A stretch of DNA of 64,000 nucleotides. Source: Malacoraja senta (Eukaryota). How positions within the stretch are numbered: position 1 is the first letter of the stretch; each line of letters begins with the position of its first letter. The translations under genes were made by a program, and so were the position numbers. Positions 11,555-24,664 of this stretch are shown here, piece by piece. A model generated the notes under the pieces. The model saw nothing but the letters and a program-made list of their open reading frames with translations, had not been told where the DNA came from and did no database searches. The stretch lies in the NCBI GenBank assembly GCA_038087875.1, contig CM075989.1, forward strand, positions 2,170,001-2,234,000, written 5' to 3'.

Positions 11555-12600
11555 CCATTAACTATCCAGATAGAGGCGTATAAAATCATGAGGGAATAGA
11601 TAGGGTGAATGTAAAGAGTCTTTCACCAGTAGGGGAATCAAGAACCAGAGGGACATAGGTTTAAGGTAAGAGGGGAAAGATTTAACAGGAACCTGAGGAG
11701 CAACCTTTTCACTCAGAGGTTGGTGGATATGTAGATCAAGCTGCCACAGGAGGGATCCAGGTACATAGTTCCATGAAAGTGACGTCACAGGTAGATAGGG
11801 TGGTCAAAAAGGCTTTCTGCACATTGGTCTTCATCTGTCAGAGTGGTGATCATAGAAGTTGGGAGGTCATGTTGCAATTATACAAGACACCACATTTGGA
11901 GTATTGTGTTCAGTTTTGGTCACCATGTTAAAGGAAATATGTTGTCGAGCTGGAAAAGGTGCAGGAAAGATTTAAAGATATTGCCCGGACTAGAGGGTCT
12001 GAGCTATTGCGAGACATTGGGCAGGCTGGGACTCCATTCCTTGCAGTGCAGGAGGATGAGAGGTGAACTTTTAAAGGTGTACAAAATCATGAGAGGAATA
12101 GATTGAGTGTTTTGCCCAGAGTAGGGGAATCAAGAACCAGAGCACATAGGTTTAAGTTGAGGGTGGAAACATTTAATAAGCACCTGAGGGGAAACATTTT
12201 TACACAAAGGTCGCCAGGTGTATGGAACAAGCTGCCAAAGGAGGTAGTTGAGGTAAGTACTATTGCAACTTTTCAGAAACATTTGGCCAGGTACATGGAT
12301 AGGACAGGTTTGGAGGGATATGGGCCAAACACAGGCAGGTGGGACTGGTAGATGGGGTCTGTTGGTCGGTGTGGGCAAGTTGTGCCAAAGGGCCTGTTTC
12401 CATGTGGTATGACTCTACGACTCTGAGGAAGTAATTGAAGCAAGTACTTTAATAACACTTAAATCTGCAGCTACGGAGAGGTAAGGTTTGGAGGGATATG
12501 GGTCAAATGTGGGCAAATGGGACCAGCTTATATGGGACATCTTGGTCGGTATTAAAGAGTTGGGCTGAAGGGCCTGTTTCCATGCTGTATGACTCTCACT
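11555..12600 (+). mobile_element. Cluster of degraded CR1 3' fragments
   Basis: ORFs 11843-12106 and 12103-12351 (GESRTRAHRFK...FTQR..WNKLP) and repeated CR1 3' ends. Confidence 0.85.
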
Positions 12601-13204
12601 CAATGCAAGTCCCAGAATAAATGGCATTTCACTCAGGCCTTGGTAATTTGAGATTTTATTTTTCTCTCAGTGAAGACTGATATCAGACAAGGGTATACTT
12701 GTCTCAATACTTCTCACCATCTTCCCATGGGAGTTCAGTGAACCTTGGGAACTGTTCAGCCTCTGGTGAAGCAAAGTAACCCCACCTCTATACTGCAAAT
12801 ACAGTATACAGCCAATGCTTCCTGCCAAGACAGACATCGATTATGAAACTCGCCATTGCCACAAAGTGGCCACACAGTCATTGGATGATTAAGGTAAAGG
12901 ACAAATAAAAATCAAGACCTCAGACCTAAAACATAATTCATGATCTATCAGAGGACAGCAAGCCCTGTCCTGTTGCTTCTGGGACCTGGACTAGCTCCAG
13001 CAGACACTTCAAACATTGGGAAAGGATCACCAAAACTACTTCCAAAATTCTCAAATTGTATGGAGGATAAGCAAATCAATGTCAGTGTCCTCTCCCAGAC
13101 TAATATCCCCAGCACCGAGGCCATATTAATCTTCAGTTAAGATATATAATGTAGAATAGTACAACATGGGATCTAACAATATTGGTTCCAACATGATGCC
13201 AAGT

Positions 13205-13490
13205 TTAATTTTAGTTTTAGAGATACAGCTTAAAACAGGCCCTTCGGTCCTTCAAGTCCACACTGACCATCTATAAACTGTTCACACTAACTCCATGTCG
13301 TCTCACTTTAACATTCACTTCGGGGCAATTTACAGTCCAATTAACCTACAAACTTGCAGATCTTTGGGATGTGGGGGGAAATTGGAGCACCTATTGGAAC
13401 CCATGAGGTCACAGGAAAACGTGCTAACTCCACACAGACAGCACCCAAGGTCAGACTCGATCCTGGATCTCTGGCACTGTGGGGCAGTGA
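13205..13490 (-). mobile_element. V-SINE (diverged)
   Basis: Tail tttagttttagagatacag; ccaattaacctacaaac motif; head near 13480. Confidence 0.75.
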
Positions 13491-14174
13491 GTCTGTCATC
13501 CGATGACATTACCAGGCAAACAGAAGGTAAGATGGAAGGATGAACAAGTGCAACTTCCCCACTGGCCCCACTACTGCCCACAGTACAGAAGCAGCATTCA
13601 GTCACAGTGCTAGTGAGGACAATGGAAGTGCACAGAAGCCGTGCATCAGTGGTGGGAGAAACACACCACGTCACAAGCTCCTCAGCTGCCCATCCATCAC
13701 ACACCCCTTGTCCCAACTCGGAAAACCTCAACCGTTGCAACATTGGCCCCATCAGCCAAGTTACAACCCGGAAAACCAAAGTGGAAACAAGTTTTAGTTT
13801 CAGCTTTGTCTAATGTCACAGATACTGAGATACTGAAAACAAAGCTACCAGTCAGCGGAAAGATAATACATGATTACAATAGAGCCATCCTCAGTGTACA
13901 GATACATGGTGAAGGGAATAACGTGAATAATGTTTAGTGCAAGGTAAAGCAGTAAGGTCCGAGGGTCTCCAATGAGGTAGATAGTGGTTCAGGCCTGAAC
14001 GACGAGTTGATGGTGGGATGACTAAGACTAAGTCATCCTTGACCCCTGGTAACTGCCCAAGAATAAAGAGAACTAACATAGAACATGTCCATATTCTCTC
14101 CTAGACCACCTAGCAAGATAAAGAAGAAACACCTCTGATATTCTTTCGTAAACTCTAGGCATTAATAAATGCAA

Positions 14175-14450
14175 GGTGGCACTGCCAGTGCCAGAGACCT
14201 GGGTTCGATCCTGAACTTGGACGCTGTCTGTGTGGAGTTTGCACATTCTTCCTATGATGGTGTGGATTTCCTCCGGGTACTCCGGTTTCCTCCCACGTCC
14301 CAAAGATGTGCAGGTTTGTTGATTAAGTGGCCTCTGTAAATTGCCCCTAGCGTGTAGGGAGTGGATGAGAAAGTGGATAGCATGGAGCTAGTATGCATGG
14401 GTGATCGATCCACAGCATGGACTCGGTGGGCCTGTTTCCAGGCTACACTA
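14175..14450 (+). mobile_element. V-SINE
   Basis: ccagagacctgggttcgatcctg (B box) and V-domain. Confidence 0.8.
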
Positions 14451-14819
14451 AAAAAAGTAATTTTGTGAAGTGAGAGGCAGAATGAATGCCGGATAAGTGT
14501 CATCTGTGGCTAAGAATAAGTTGTTTTTTAATTGGAAACTTCTGCTTCCGAACAACACTTCAGAAAACGATTTCCCACTTTTATTTTAACCCACCATGTT
14601 TGACAAGTTACCTCACACAAGAAAAATAGATCACTTTCAGGGCTTCTTGCTAAATGTAAGTATCATTGACACGTGGCAGGCTCCTGCAACCTACCAGAGC
14701 GAGATTTGCATCATAATATGTTAATCAATGAGTCCTTCCCTCAAGACTTGCAGCAACCACAATTCTCAGATCCTTGCAGTTTATAGAAATGCAGAATTTA
14801 CACTCTTTACTAACTAAAT

Positions 14820-15790
14820 AACCTCAGGTCCCTTTTAAATCTTTCCCCTATCAACTTAAAAATATACCCTCTAGTTTTAAACTCCTCTACCCTGGGGAAA
14901 GACTTTGGCTATTCACCATATCTATGCCCCTGATGATCTAATATACCTCTATAAGTCATCCCACAACCTCTTATGACCCACGGAAAAATAACCCAGTCTA
15001 CCCAGCCTCTCCTTGTAACTCAAACCCTGCAGACCTGGTAACATCCTCGCAAATCTTTTTGAAACCTTTTCCAGCTTAATAACATCATTGCTCCAGTAGA
15101 GCGCCCGGAACTGTGGCCTTACCAACACCTCTGTGATATGACATCGCAACTCCTGCACTCAATGCTCTACTGATGAAGGTAAGTGGGCCAAATGCCTTCT
15201 TCACTACACTCTCCACCAATGTCTCCACTTTCATGGCACTATATATCTTCACCCTAAAGGGTCTGTCCCACTTACGCAATTTTTTTTGGAGATTTGCCGG
15301 CACCCGTCATAGTCGCAGCAGGTGGCCGGAAATGTCCAACATGTTGAAATTCAAGCGGCGACCAGAAATAGGTACGGCTCTTTGGGCGACTACTCACGAC
15401 CAAACAGGCGTCACCCCGCCACATGTCGACACATGACGTCTGTATGGTCGTGAGTAGTCGCCCAAAGAGTCATGCCTTTTTCTGATCGCTGCTGGATTTT
15501 CAACATGTTGGACATTTTCGGCCACCTGCTGCGACTAGGACGGGTGCCGGCAAGTCGCCGAAAAACCTACGTAAATGGGACAGCCCTTAAATCTCTCCAT
15601 TGTACAACACTGCCCAGGGCCCTACCACTCACCGTGTAAGAACTTCCCTTATTTGTCCTACCAAATAGCAACACCTTACATCTATCTGAATTATACTCCA
15701 TCTGCCATCCCTTGCCCCGTTGGCCCAATTAATCAGAATCCCCTTGTAATCTTAGATAACCTTATGCACTGTCAACATTGCCAGCAATGT
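14820..15790 (-). mobile_element. Degraded CR1 fragment split by a MITE
   Basis: ORF 14949-15158 (LVRPQ..LEKVSKRFARMLPGLQGLSYKERLGRLG); CR1 sequence resumes after 15590. Confidence 0.75.
15258..15587. mobile_element. PIF/Harbinger-like MITE (subfamily B), long internal palindrome
   Basis: TIR agggtctgtcccacttacg / cgtaaatgggacagccct; TAA duplication on both sides; the arms are near-inverted copies across the whole element. Confidence 0.85.
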
Positions 15791-16361
15791 TAGGGCTGGA
15801 CATGCTCAGCTTGGAACCCACCTACACATGCAGGGGTGGCTTCAGCTGAAGAGGTCACATTGTGGAGATTCACCTACAAAGTATGTTGCGGAACTCTGGG
15901 GGCACCAGTCATCACAGTGACCCGCAAAGTAACTGTGACCTAGAAATGTGCCCGTTGGCCACGAGTACCCATGAGGGCATCGCAGCCACTGGTTCCTCTG
16001 CCATCTGTCCATTCTATGAAACGCTCCAGGTAAAACTCAACCTCCGTTACGGTAAATGCACAGAGTCTTTTAGAAAAATCTTAAGGATTTAAATAAGATT
16101 GAGCTGGTTCATCGCCACCAGCATTAGTCTATGAGTGGTCATCTCATCTCAGATAAATACTGAATAAGATGGTATCTTAATTGCATCGGTTGATTAACAT
16201 ACTAAATATAACAACTTAAGGTTTGAGTCATTCAATAATTTAAAGTGGTCCTGTTCATTTCAAGGCACACCGTTGTGTGGATGCTTTTTGTGGAAAGGAT
16301 GGATCATGATTGCCAAAGTTCAGCGCATTATGGACATTTAGTAGGGAGAGAGCATGTTGGC

Positions 16362-16657
16362 AGTGGCGCAGCGGTAGAGTTGCTGCCTCACAGCGCCAGG
16401 GACCCGGGTTCCTTCCTGACTACGGGTGCTGTCTGTACGGAGTTTGTACGTTCTCCCCACGACCGCGAGGGTTCTCTCTGAGATCTTCGGTTTCCTTCCA
16501 CACTCCAAAGACGTACAAGTTTGTAATTGGCTTGGGGTATAAATGCATATTGTCCTTAGTGTGTGTAGCATAGTATTAGTGTGCGGGGATCGCTGGTCGG
16601 CACGGTCTCGGTGGGCCGATGGGCCTGTTTCTGCACTGTATCTCTAAACTAAACTAA
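16362..16657 (+). mobile_element. Near full-length V-SINE (HE1-like)
   Basis: A-box gtggcgcagcggtag, B-box-like ggttccttcc, V-domain, CR1-like tail and (ctaaa)n. Confidence 0.9.
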
Positions 16658-17046
16658 AAGAGAGGACTCTGAGGTGAATGTAAGGCGGGATTCCTGATGT
16701 GAGACGTCAGGTCAGTTTCTCACATGCTGGCTCTGCAACGGAACTCATTCATCCACTCCCCTTTCTTCTGCTCCATCACTGAGCAACATGAGCTTCCACA
16801 TGGGCCTTCAGTGCAAAAGGCTGCCGGGATTGTTGGTCTCCGCAGGAACTCTCCCTTGAACATTTTCTCAACCTTGGATCAATGCACATCATGGCTCTAG
16901 CTCAGTTGCATTTGGTCGCCTTTCTTGGAAGCAGGGTAGGTGGTTCAGTCTTATTGAAGGTCAGCAAAGTGCAGTTTTCCTTATAAAGTTTGAGTTGGAG
17001 TTAAATTCAGTTTATTGTCACATGTACCAAGGAGCAGTGAAAAGCT

Positions 17047-17350
17047 TTTAGTTTAGTTTAGTTTAGAGATACAGCGCGGAAATAGGCCCTTCAGCCCATC
17101 GAGTCTGCGTAGACCAGCGATTCCCAGCACCATGGTACACACTAGGGACAATTTACAATTTTTACCAAAGCCAAGTTAACCTACAAACCTGCACGTCTTT
17201 GGAATGTAGGAGGAAACCGGAGCACCCGGGGAAAACATACACAGTCGCGGGGAGAATGAACAAACTCCGTACAGACAGCACCCGTAGTCAGGATCGAACT
17301 TGGCTCTCTGGCGCTGTGAGGCAGCAACTCTACCGCTGCGTCATCGTGCC
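17047..17350 (-). mobile_element. Near full-length V-SINE
   Basis: (tttag)n tail and tRNA head on the minus strand. Confidence 0.9.
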
Positions 17351-17999
17351 GCCAACATTTCTGTTCATTGTTCTTTTGCCGTGAACAGGATGTGGTGTTT
17401 ACTGTAAGGTTTTTATCCATTCCTAATGGCTTGCTGGTCATTTCAGAGGGGAGGCAAGACTCACTCACTTGGCAGTGAGTTAGGAGTCACCTACCTTGCA
17501 TCCTTCATTGATCTGATCTATATGAGATTCCTGACCCACAGGGGTGGACGTGAGCTTTATTTACCTTTACATTTGAGTTTAGTATTGTCACGTGTACTGA
17601 GGTACAATGACAAGCTTTGTATTGCATGCCCTCCAAACAGATCAGATATACCGTGCCTACATACAATCAAGTCAAACACTAGTGCAATGGATGAGCTAAG
17701 GGGGAGGATACAGAGTGCAGAATATAGTTCCCAGCATTGCAGCGCGTCAGTCCATGGACATTTTCCATGAACAACATCAATAATCCAGCTGGGTTTTTAT
17801 AAAGTGTTCAGCAACACTGCTGATGTTATTCCGGATTTATTTAAGAAACTGCATTTAAATTTCACAGTTGTTGTACCTCGATTCCACTCATGTGCTTGTT
17901 CAGAAGTTCAAGCCTGTGGTTTATTGAAGTGCCACTTAACCTGTGGGCAAGGGTCCTCCAATGCCCTGACACTGCTAATGAATCCACTGGGAAACTGGT

Positions 18000-18350
18000 A
18001 ACATAGAAACTTGGAAACATAGAAAATAGGTGCAGGAGTTGGCCATTCGTCCCTTCGAGCCAGCACCACCATTCAATTTGATCATGGCTGATCATCCTGA
18101 ATCAGTACCCCGTTCCTGCTTTCTTCCCATAACCCTTGATTCCATAAGCCCTAAGAGCTATATCTAACTCTCCCTTGAAAATATCCAGTGAATTGGCCTC
18201 CACTGCCTTCTGTGGCAGAGCATTCCACAGATTCACAACTCTCTGGGTGAAAAGGTTTTTCCTTATCTCAGTCATAAATGGCCGACCCTTTGTTCTTAAA
18301 CTGTGACCCCTGGTTCTGGACTCCCCCAAAATGGGGAACATGTTTCCTGG
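18000..18350 (-). mobile_element. CR1 3' fragment
   Basis: ORF 18102-18353 (GESRTRGHSLR...FTQRVVNLWNALP); (catagaaa)n tail. Confidence 0.9.
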
Positions 18351-19167
18351 CAACGGCGCTTTAAGTCAACTGAGTCGATCCATTTTTACACCATCACGAT
18401 ATCCACTTATTCTTTGCTAATTGGGTTGTTTGCTGTGTGGATGAGTGTGAATGAGACCAGCCCCAGGGCCAACATATGGAGTTGTGCTAAAGAAAGCATA
18501 TCCAGCAACAAGCTATTTGCAAAATTTATTCTTGTCCCAGGGCAAAGAGATATAAAACGATTAATTCCCTTCCGCAGCCCAGAATTGTTAAATGTGGGCA
18601 ATTCACTCGATTTTTGGACATTTTACCACAGTTGCAACTTTTAAAGTTTCAGTTAAGAATCTACATCGATCCCACCGAGTTCAGCGAGTTCTGGCAATCT
18701 CGCCAGTCCCACCACAACGTCAGGTCTGCCGCAAGAAGCCTGCTACAATGACCCACAGGTCATTACAAAGCAGACTCCACATTTTCCCTCTGCAATAAAA
18801 CATCATTTTAAAACATCCTTTCCGAGTAAAGGGAAAAGCTTTTTGATGTATTGTGATCCAAGAGCGATTATGTCTAATGATATTGGATTTTATCTCTCAG
18901 ATCTCCCTTGAGTCTAAGATAGATTACAATGTCAACCCAGAGCATGAGGACCACTTGTACCTCTGGAGAGATCACAACCATTAATTTACCCTTTGTATCA
19001 TGTGGTATCTTTGAAACTCCAACTCTGTTTGATCTTTCTGTAGATACGTGACTAATCGGCACTTAGAATCATCGGCAACATCAGGCCCATGAACAGTTGT
19101 GCATACTTTATGATAACAACAAACGACAAATTATATGTCAGTGGAAGTTAGACACAAAATGATAGAG

Positions 19168-19530
19168 TAATAATAATAATAATAATAATGGATTGGATTT
19201 ATATAGCGCCTTTCTAATACCCAAGGCGCTTTACATCGCATTATTCATTCACTTCTCAGTCACACTCGGTGGTGGTGAGCTACTTCTGTAGCCACAGCTG
19301 CCCTGGGGCAGACTGACGGAAGCGTGGCTGCTAATCTGCGCCTACGGCCCCTCCGACCACCACCAATCACTCACACACATTCACACACACATTCACACAC
19401 ATTCACACGCAGGCAAAGGTGGGTGAAGTGTCTTGCCCAAGGACACAACGACAGTATGCACTCCAAGCGGGATTCGAACCGGCTACCTTCCGGTTGCCAG
19501 CCGAACACTTAGCCCATTGCGCCATCTGTC
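19168..19530 (-). mobile_element. tRNA-derived CORE-type SINE with L2-like 3' stem-loop and (TTA)n tail
   Basis: Minus strand: A-box atggcgcaatggg, B-box ggttcgaatcc, CORE-like ccttgggcaagacactt, tail gtaaagcgccttgggtattagaaaggcgctatataaat followed by (tta)n. Confidence 0.8.
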
Positions 19531-20357
19531 GTAGCTCAGTGGGACAGGCAACATGTCAATTAGGGAGCAGGATGAAAGGAAAGAGTGCATCACACGGCAT
19601 CATCATTAATGATCAATTACTGCCATCCTCATGAATGGAAACACCAGATCTGAGATTGAATGGGAGGCATTTTGTAAATGAGCAGCAGAGTGGGAACAGA
19701 GTATTATTTAATCGTGATTTTCAACCAAAGAAAACCCATCAGCAATTACGGCCAGCAGATGTTGCTGTCATAAACACACAACAGAAGTCTGACGTTTGTC
19801 CACTTCAACCCAACTGCTCTGTGATCATTACGTCCATTCAACTCTTTGCCAATGAGAATTAACCAAGGGTTCGGACCTGACCAGGGTGGGATCGCACAAA
19901 ATCACAACCACAGAAATACCCCCCGACCATCTTCCACTGAGCAGATCTGTCTTTCTCAGTTTACGCACTCCCCGTGCATGTCTGCCACCCTAAGTGTCTG
20001 TAAGTCAGGAAAACTGTAGGCTGAGATCCCTGAAGTTACACTGGTAGGTTAATTGGTTACAGTCTTAGGTAATTGTAGATCTATGTTAGATAGATACAAA
20101 GTGCTGGAGTAACTCAACGGGTCAGGCAGCATCTCTGGTGAAAATGCATAGGTGACATTTCGGGTTGAGACTCTTCAGATCTGTGGTGGATCATACTTGG
20201 AATAAGGAGAGATATGTATTTGAAATATTCCACACAATGTGGATCGGAGAGTTTCAACTTGTATTGTGATTTCTCAGCATATTTAATTATTGAAGATATT
20301 TAACATTTTAGACTTTCTTGCTTTTTGCTTTTACATTTGGTCTCACGATTTCTTTCA

Positions 20358-20610
20358 TAAGGTCAAAATGACATAAGTGATAGGAGTAGAATTAGGCCAT
20401 TCAGCCCATCAAGTCTACTCCGCCATTCAATCATGGCTGATCTATCTCTCCCCCCAACCCCATTCTCCTGCCTTCACCCCATAACCCTTGACACTCGTAC
20501 TAATCAAGAATCTATCTATCTCTACCTAAAAAAAATATACACTGACTTGGCCTCTACAGCCTTCTGTAGCAGAATTCCACAGATTCACCACCCTCTGACT
20601 AAAGAATCAC
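20358..20610 (-). mobile_element. CR1 3' fragment
   Basis: CR1 3' UTR (gaattaggccattcagcccatc). Confidence 0.8.
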
Positions 20611-20924
20611 TTTCCATGTGATTTTGGAATTGAATTCACAATTCCCTTTAATTAAGATTTCCTACTTCGTTGTTGACCTATTAGTTCCACAATGCCTTTG
20701 TTTGGTTTGTTAATAGGCTGTGGTGCATATTCACTTCATTGGCAGCCACTCTCGCTCTCTCTGCTACTTCATCAGTTCACATTCCCAAAACATCTGCCAA
20801 GCAAAAGAATCAAGAATCCAGAGGCACAAGACCAAGTCGAACTAATGGCAAAAGCTGCAATAATATAAAGGCTGTGAATGTCAATGGGTGGTATGAGAAG
20901 AAATCAGACAATCGAATAAATCGC

Positions 20925-21540
20925 CAAGACCAAGCGTAGACTGGGAAAACGTTTTTCTGAAGATCTGCACTCAATCCGCTTGGCGTACGTGATCTCTCGG
21001 TTGCCAAACACTTTAATTCCCCTTCCCATTCCCACACTGACCTTTCTGTCCTGGGCCTCCTCCACTGTCAGAGTGAGGCCCAATGCAAATTGAAGGAACA
21101 GCACCTCATATTTTGCTTAGGCAGCTTACACCCCAGCGGTATGAATGTTGATTTCTCTAACTCCAATTAACCTCTGCATCCCCTCTCTCTCCGTCTCTCC
21201 CCCACCCTAATCATTGTACTAAATCCACTGTCATCTTGCTGAGTTTCATTTTCTGTACAACTCATTATCACCTAGCCCACAGCCAACAATGCACCATTGT
21301 GGGCTCCACCTTTCCTTGATCATTGTTACATTTTTACATGTCTTTCATTCATTTGTTCCATATCTCTCTATATCACTGTCTATATCTCTCATTTCCCTTC
21401 CCCCTGACTCTCAGTCTGAACAAGGGTCTCGACCCAAAACGTCACCTCTTCTTTCTCTCCAGAGATGCTGCCTGAACCGCCGAGTTACTCCAACTTTTTG
21501 TGTCTATCTTCAATTTAAACCAGCACCTGCAGTTCCTACC
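20925..21540 (+). mobile_element. Penelope-like 3' fragment (degraded GIY-YIG end plus pLTR)
   Basis: agaccaagcgtagactggg...ggaacagcacctcatatt...ggtatgaat, then a pLTR with a mutated hammerhead at 21416-21443. Confidence 0.8.
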
Positions 21541-22312
21541 CGGGGAGGGAGATTGCAACCTTCACGTGGTCCACTCTGTTTCGACTAATGCAATCAACCC
21601 GACATGCACAAACAAATAGATCAAAGTGACCTACAACTTTAGGCTGTGCACGCCATACGCAAAAGGAAGAAGGCGGTCCTCCCCACACCATCCAATGACT
21701 GAACTGTCAATCCAGAGATCATTGTGTGCTCAGTCCACATGTATATGTTTTAACTTCACACTTGTCCTTCAGTAATTCCATTGTTAATGCCCTCACGTTG
21801 CATTATGTCCTCAATGCACAAGACAAAATGTTAGAGGGCATCGTGACACTCGATCAGTTACTCTAATGCAACTGCATTTTAAAAGCCCACAAAAATCAAC
21901 CAAAAAAACACAAGTTACGATAACTCGCTGAATGCCGTGCACACTGATATGGCAGGTCTATCTAGGTTGTCGCTTGTAATGTATAATTGGATAGAGAACA
22001 TAGGCTTTGAGTGCTGACTAAACCTGGAGTATCATTTGCAGTCCGTCAAAATGGGTGAAGCAAGCTTCCACAAACAAAGTGATTTTTAATCACAAGAGAA
22101 TCTAATCTTTTTGTGGTGTTGAGCGAGGAATAAATTTTGGCCAGGACACGGGGGATAACTGTTCTCGTTTGAATGTGTGTCATAGATTTTGATGTGGACC
22201 TGAGAGAGAAGAATCTGCATTTCCAGCTTCACTCAAAATAGAGCGCACCAATTTCATGTTGGCCCCGGGGATTCGCAGCCTATAAACTCGGAGTCGGGAT
22301 GTGAATCAATTA

Positions 22313-22521
22313 AGGGCCTGTCCCACTTACGAGATTTTTTTCGGTGACTTGCCGGCAACCGTCATAGTTGGCCGAAAATGTTCAACATGTTGAAAATCCA
22401 GCGGCGACCAGAAAAAAGTACGACTCTTCGGGCAACTACTCATGGCCATACAGGCGTCACGTGTCGACATGGTCGGGTGCTGGCAAGTCACGGATAAAAT
22501 TGCATAAGTGGGACAGGCCCT
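22313..22521. mobile_element. PIF/Harbinger-like MITE (subfamily B, internally deleted)
   Basis: TIR agggcctgtcccactta / taagtgggacaggccct; TTA duplication on both sides. Confidence 0.88.
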
Positions 22522-22659
22522 TTACCCTCTGGGTCAGACTGAAGGACGAAAACACTCAGCCATTGATAACATTATTTATATTCAAGCAACCAATACATAA
22601 AGTAATTGTGCAACATAACAAAGAAATGTATTTTCGGGTCAGGACTCTTCTTCAGGGGT

Positions 22660-22687
22660 CTGAAGAAGGGTCCCAACCCGAAACGTC
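22660..22687 (+). ncRNA. Minimal type-I hammerhead ribozyme motif
   Basis: CTGAAGA AGGGTCCCAACCC GAAACGTC; an inverted, degenerate partner lies immediately upstream (22630-22654). Confidence 0.7.
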
Positions 22688-22889
22688 AACACTCCATGTT
22701 CTCCAGGGATGCTGCCTGACCCACTGAGTTACTCCAGCACTATGTGTCTTGTAACAAAAATCAGCATCTACGGTTTCTTGCTTCTACTTTCTTGTAGATG
22801 CATTATCTTGGATGTTTCCTTACATTGGCCCAATATCCCTGATGGCATGAGGCTATGAACAGTTTTGTAACATTGTAATTAATTTTGTA

Positions 22890-23830
22890 ATTAATTTATT
22901 AGCCAAGTATGTAAACATACAAGGAATTAGATTTGCCAGCAGTCATACAAAAAAGCAACAAGATACATAACCACATAAAAATTAAACATAGACTAAAGGG
23001 CTGTCCCACTGCAGCGACCTAATTGGCGAGTTTAGAAGAGTTTAGGAGAGTTTGAAAAAATATCATGTAGAAGACCTCATTCAACCTCCTTCGACTATGT
23101 TGAAGACCAGCTTCGACTAGCTTCGATTAGCTTCGGGAAAATTGGACACCGAATAGTGGAGAGTGAAGACGACCTCCTTCGATCTCCTTCGATCTCCTTC
23201 GACCTCCCTTCGACTATGATGAATACTATCTACGACTACCTTCGACTACCCTCGATTACCTACGACTAACATGCTGACCTACTACCACCTACTTCGACTA
23301 AACCTACGAGTAAAAAAAGTATCGATTTTTTCCATGGCGACCTTTTTTTACTCGCGGGCATTTTTCAGCATGTTGAAAAATACTCCGCGACCTAGCTGAG
23401 GCCACGAGTACACGGGGACTACTCTCGAGCATGAAGGAGAGTTACAAAGACCTCCTAGGACCTCGTGTCGACCATGCTGCGAGTATGAGTCGATGGCAAT
23501 CTCGTCTGAACTCGCGGATTAGGTCGCCGCAGTGGGACAGCCCCTTTAAACAGCCCCCACAGCGGCGTGTGAGAATCCCCAGGGCACACAGCATAAGCGG
23601 AGACCCACAGCCATCAGTTCAATGTCCGGGCCACACACACGCTCCTTCACCGTGATGTGACCAGAGTTGTACCGACCGCCGCCACCCTCTCCGCAGTCCC
23701 TGTCCGCCCGAACAGTCAGAAAGCCGTCCACACTCACACTAGACTCCGGGATGGCCTCATGGAACCATGTCCAGTGCAGGCAGAACGTCCATCTTGTTTT
23801 TTCGACGACCTCACATTCCACACTGTGGTG
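22890..23830 (-). mobile_element. Internally deleted non-LTR element (AP-endonuclease remnant joined to a 3' tail), split by a MITE
   Basis: ORF 23546-23821 (TWFHEAIPESSVSVDGFLTVRADRD..GGG..DIELMAVGLR) resembles a LINE APE domain; the tail at 22890-22990 resembles the one at 37140-37225. Confidence 0.55.
22997..23545. mobile_element. PIF/Harbinger-like MITE (subfamily A, long form) with CGAC-rich microrepeats
   Basis: TIR agggctgtcccactgcagcgacctaa / ttaggtcgccgcagtgggacagcccct; taa/tta flanks; shares internal sequence with 3750-3965. Confidence 0.85.
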
Positions 23831-24664
23831 GAACTTATACCTCCTTTCCTCCTTTTAACACACCTATTTAGCACAAGCAGCTCCTGTGATTTGCGAACAT
23901 GCACATTTGTGCGTGCATGCATGCGTGCGTTTGTCATTCTCAACTCATCGGAGAAAGGTTCAAATAAAGAGGAGACACAAGGAACTGCAAATGTGGAGTC
24001 TTGAGTAAAACACAAAGTGATTTGTAACTCAGCAGGTCAGGCAGCAATTTGAAGAATATGAATAGGAGACATTTTGGGTCGGGACTCTTCCTCAGAAATG
24101 TTGCCCGTCCATTCCCTCCATAGATGCTGTTTGACCTGTTGGGTTGCTCAGGGTTCAAACAAAACCCGAATAGTTCAGATTTCATGTCCACATTTTTCAA
24201 ATGTCCAGCAGATCTTCATTTGGTTTTTACAGAGAGCCTCATGTTGTCATTTTTGGTGATTTGCAAATATTGTACAACTGATAAACAACAACCACTGTTT
24301 GGGTAGCATTGGTTGGTGAGCGTCCACAGGGGTGAAGAGAAACTGAACGATGTTTTGTTATATTCACAGGTCAGGTTCCACAAGATGTGTGACTGGAGCC
24401 AGTGACCCGGTCAGTATAACGTTGCTGCATGTACGGGCTTGCAGATGGATCGCACCACTATCTCCCACACTACAACTGACAAACATCAATCCGCTTGGAG
24501 TATTAATATGGGAGCTGTACAATTTTAAATGATGTTTTTTGAGGCTCCAACTAAAGATTCTCAGTAGAGACACAAGGAAATATAGATGTTGGAATCTTCC
24601 AAGTATTGGAGTAACTCAGCGAGTCAGACAGGACCGTGGATGGAATGGATAGGCAATGTTTCAG

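Noticed and set aside
16362..16430. tRNA gene-like A/B boxes
   Set aside because: These are heads of tRNA-derived SINEs; each continues into a V-domain and LINE-like tail, and no complete cloverleaf was seen.
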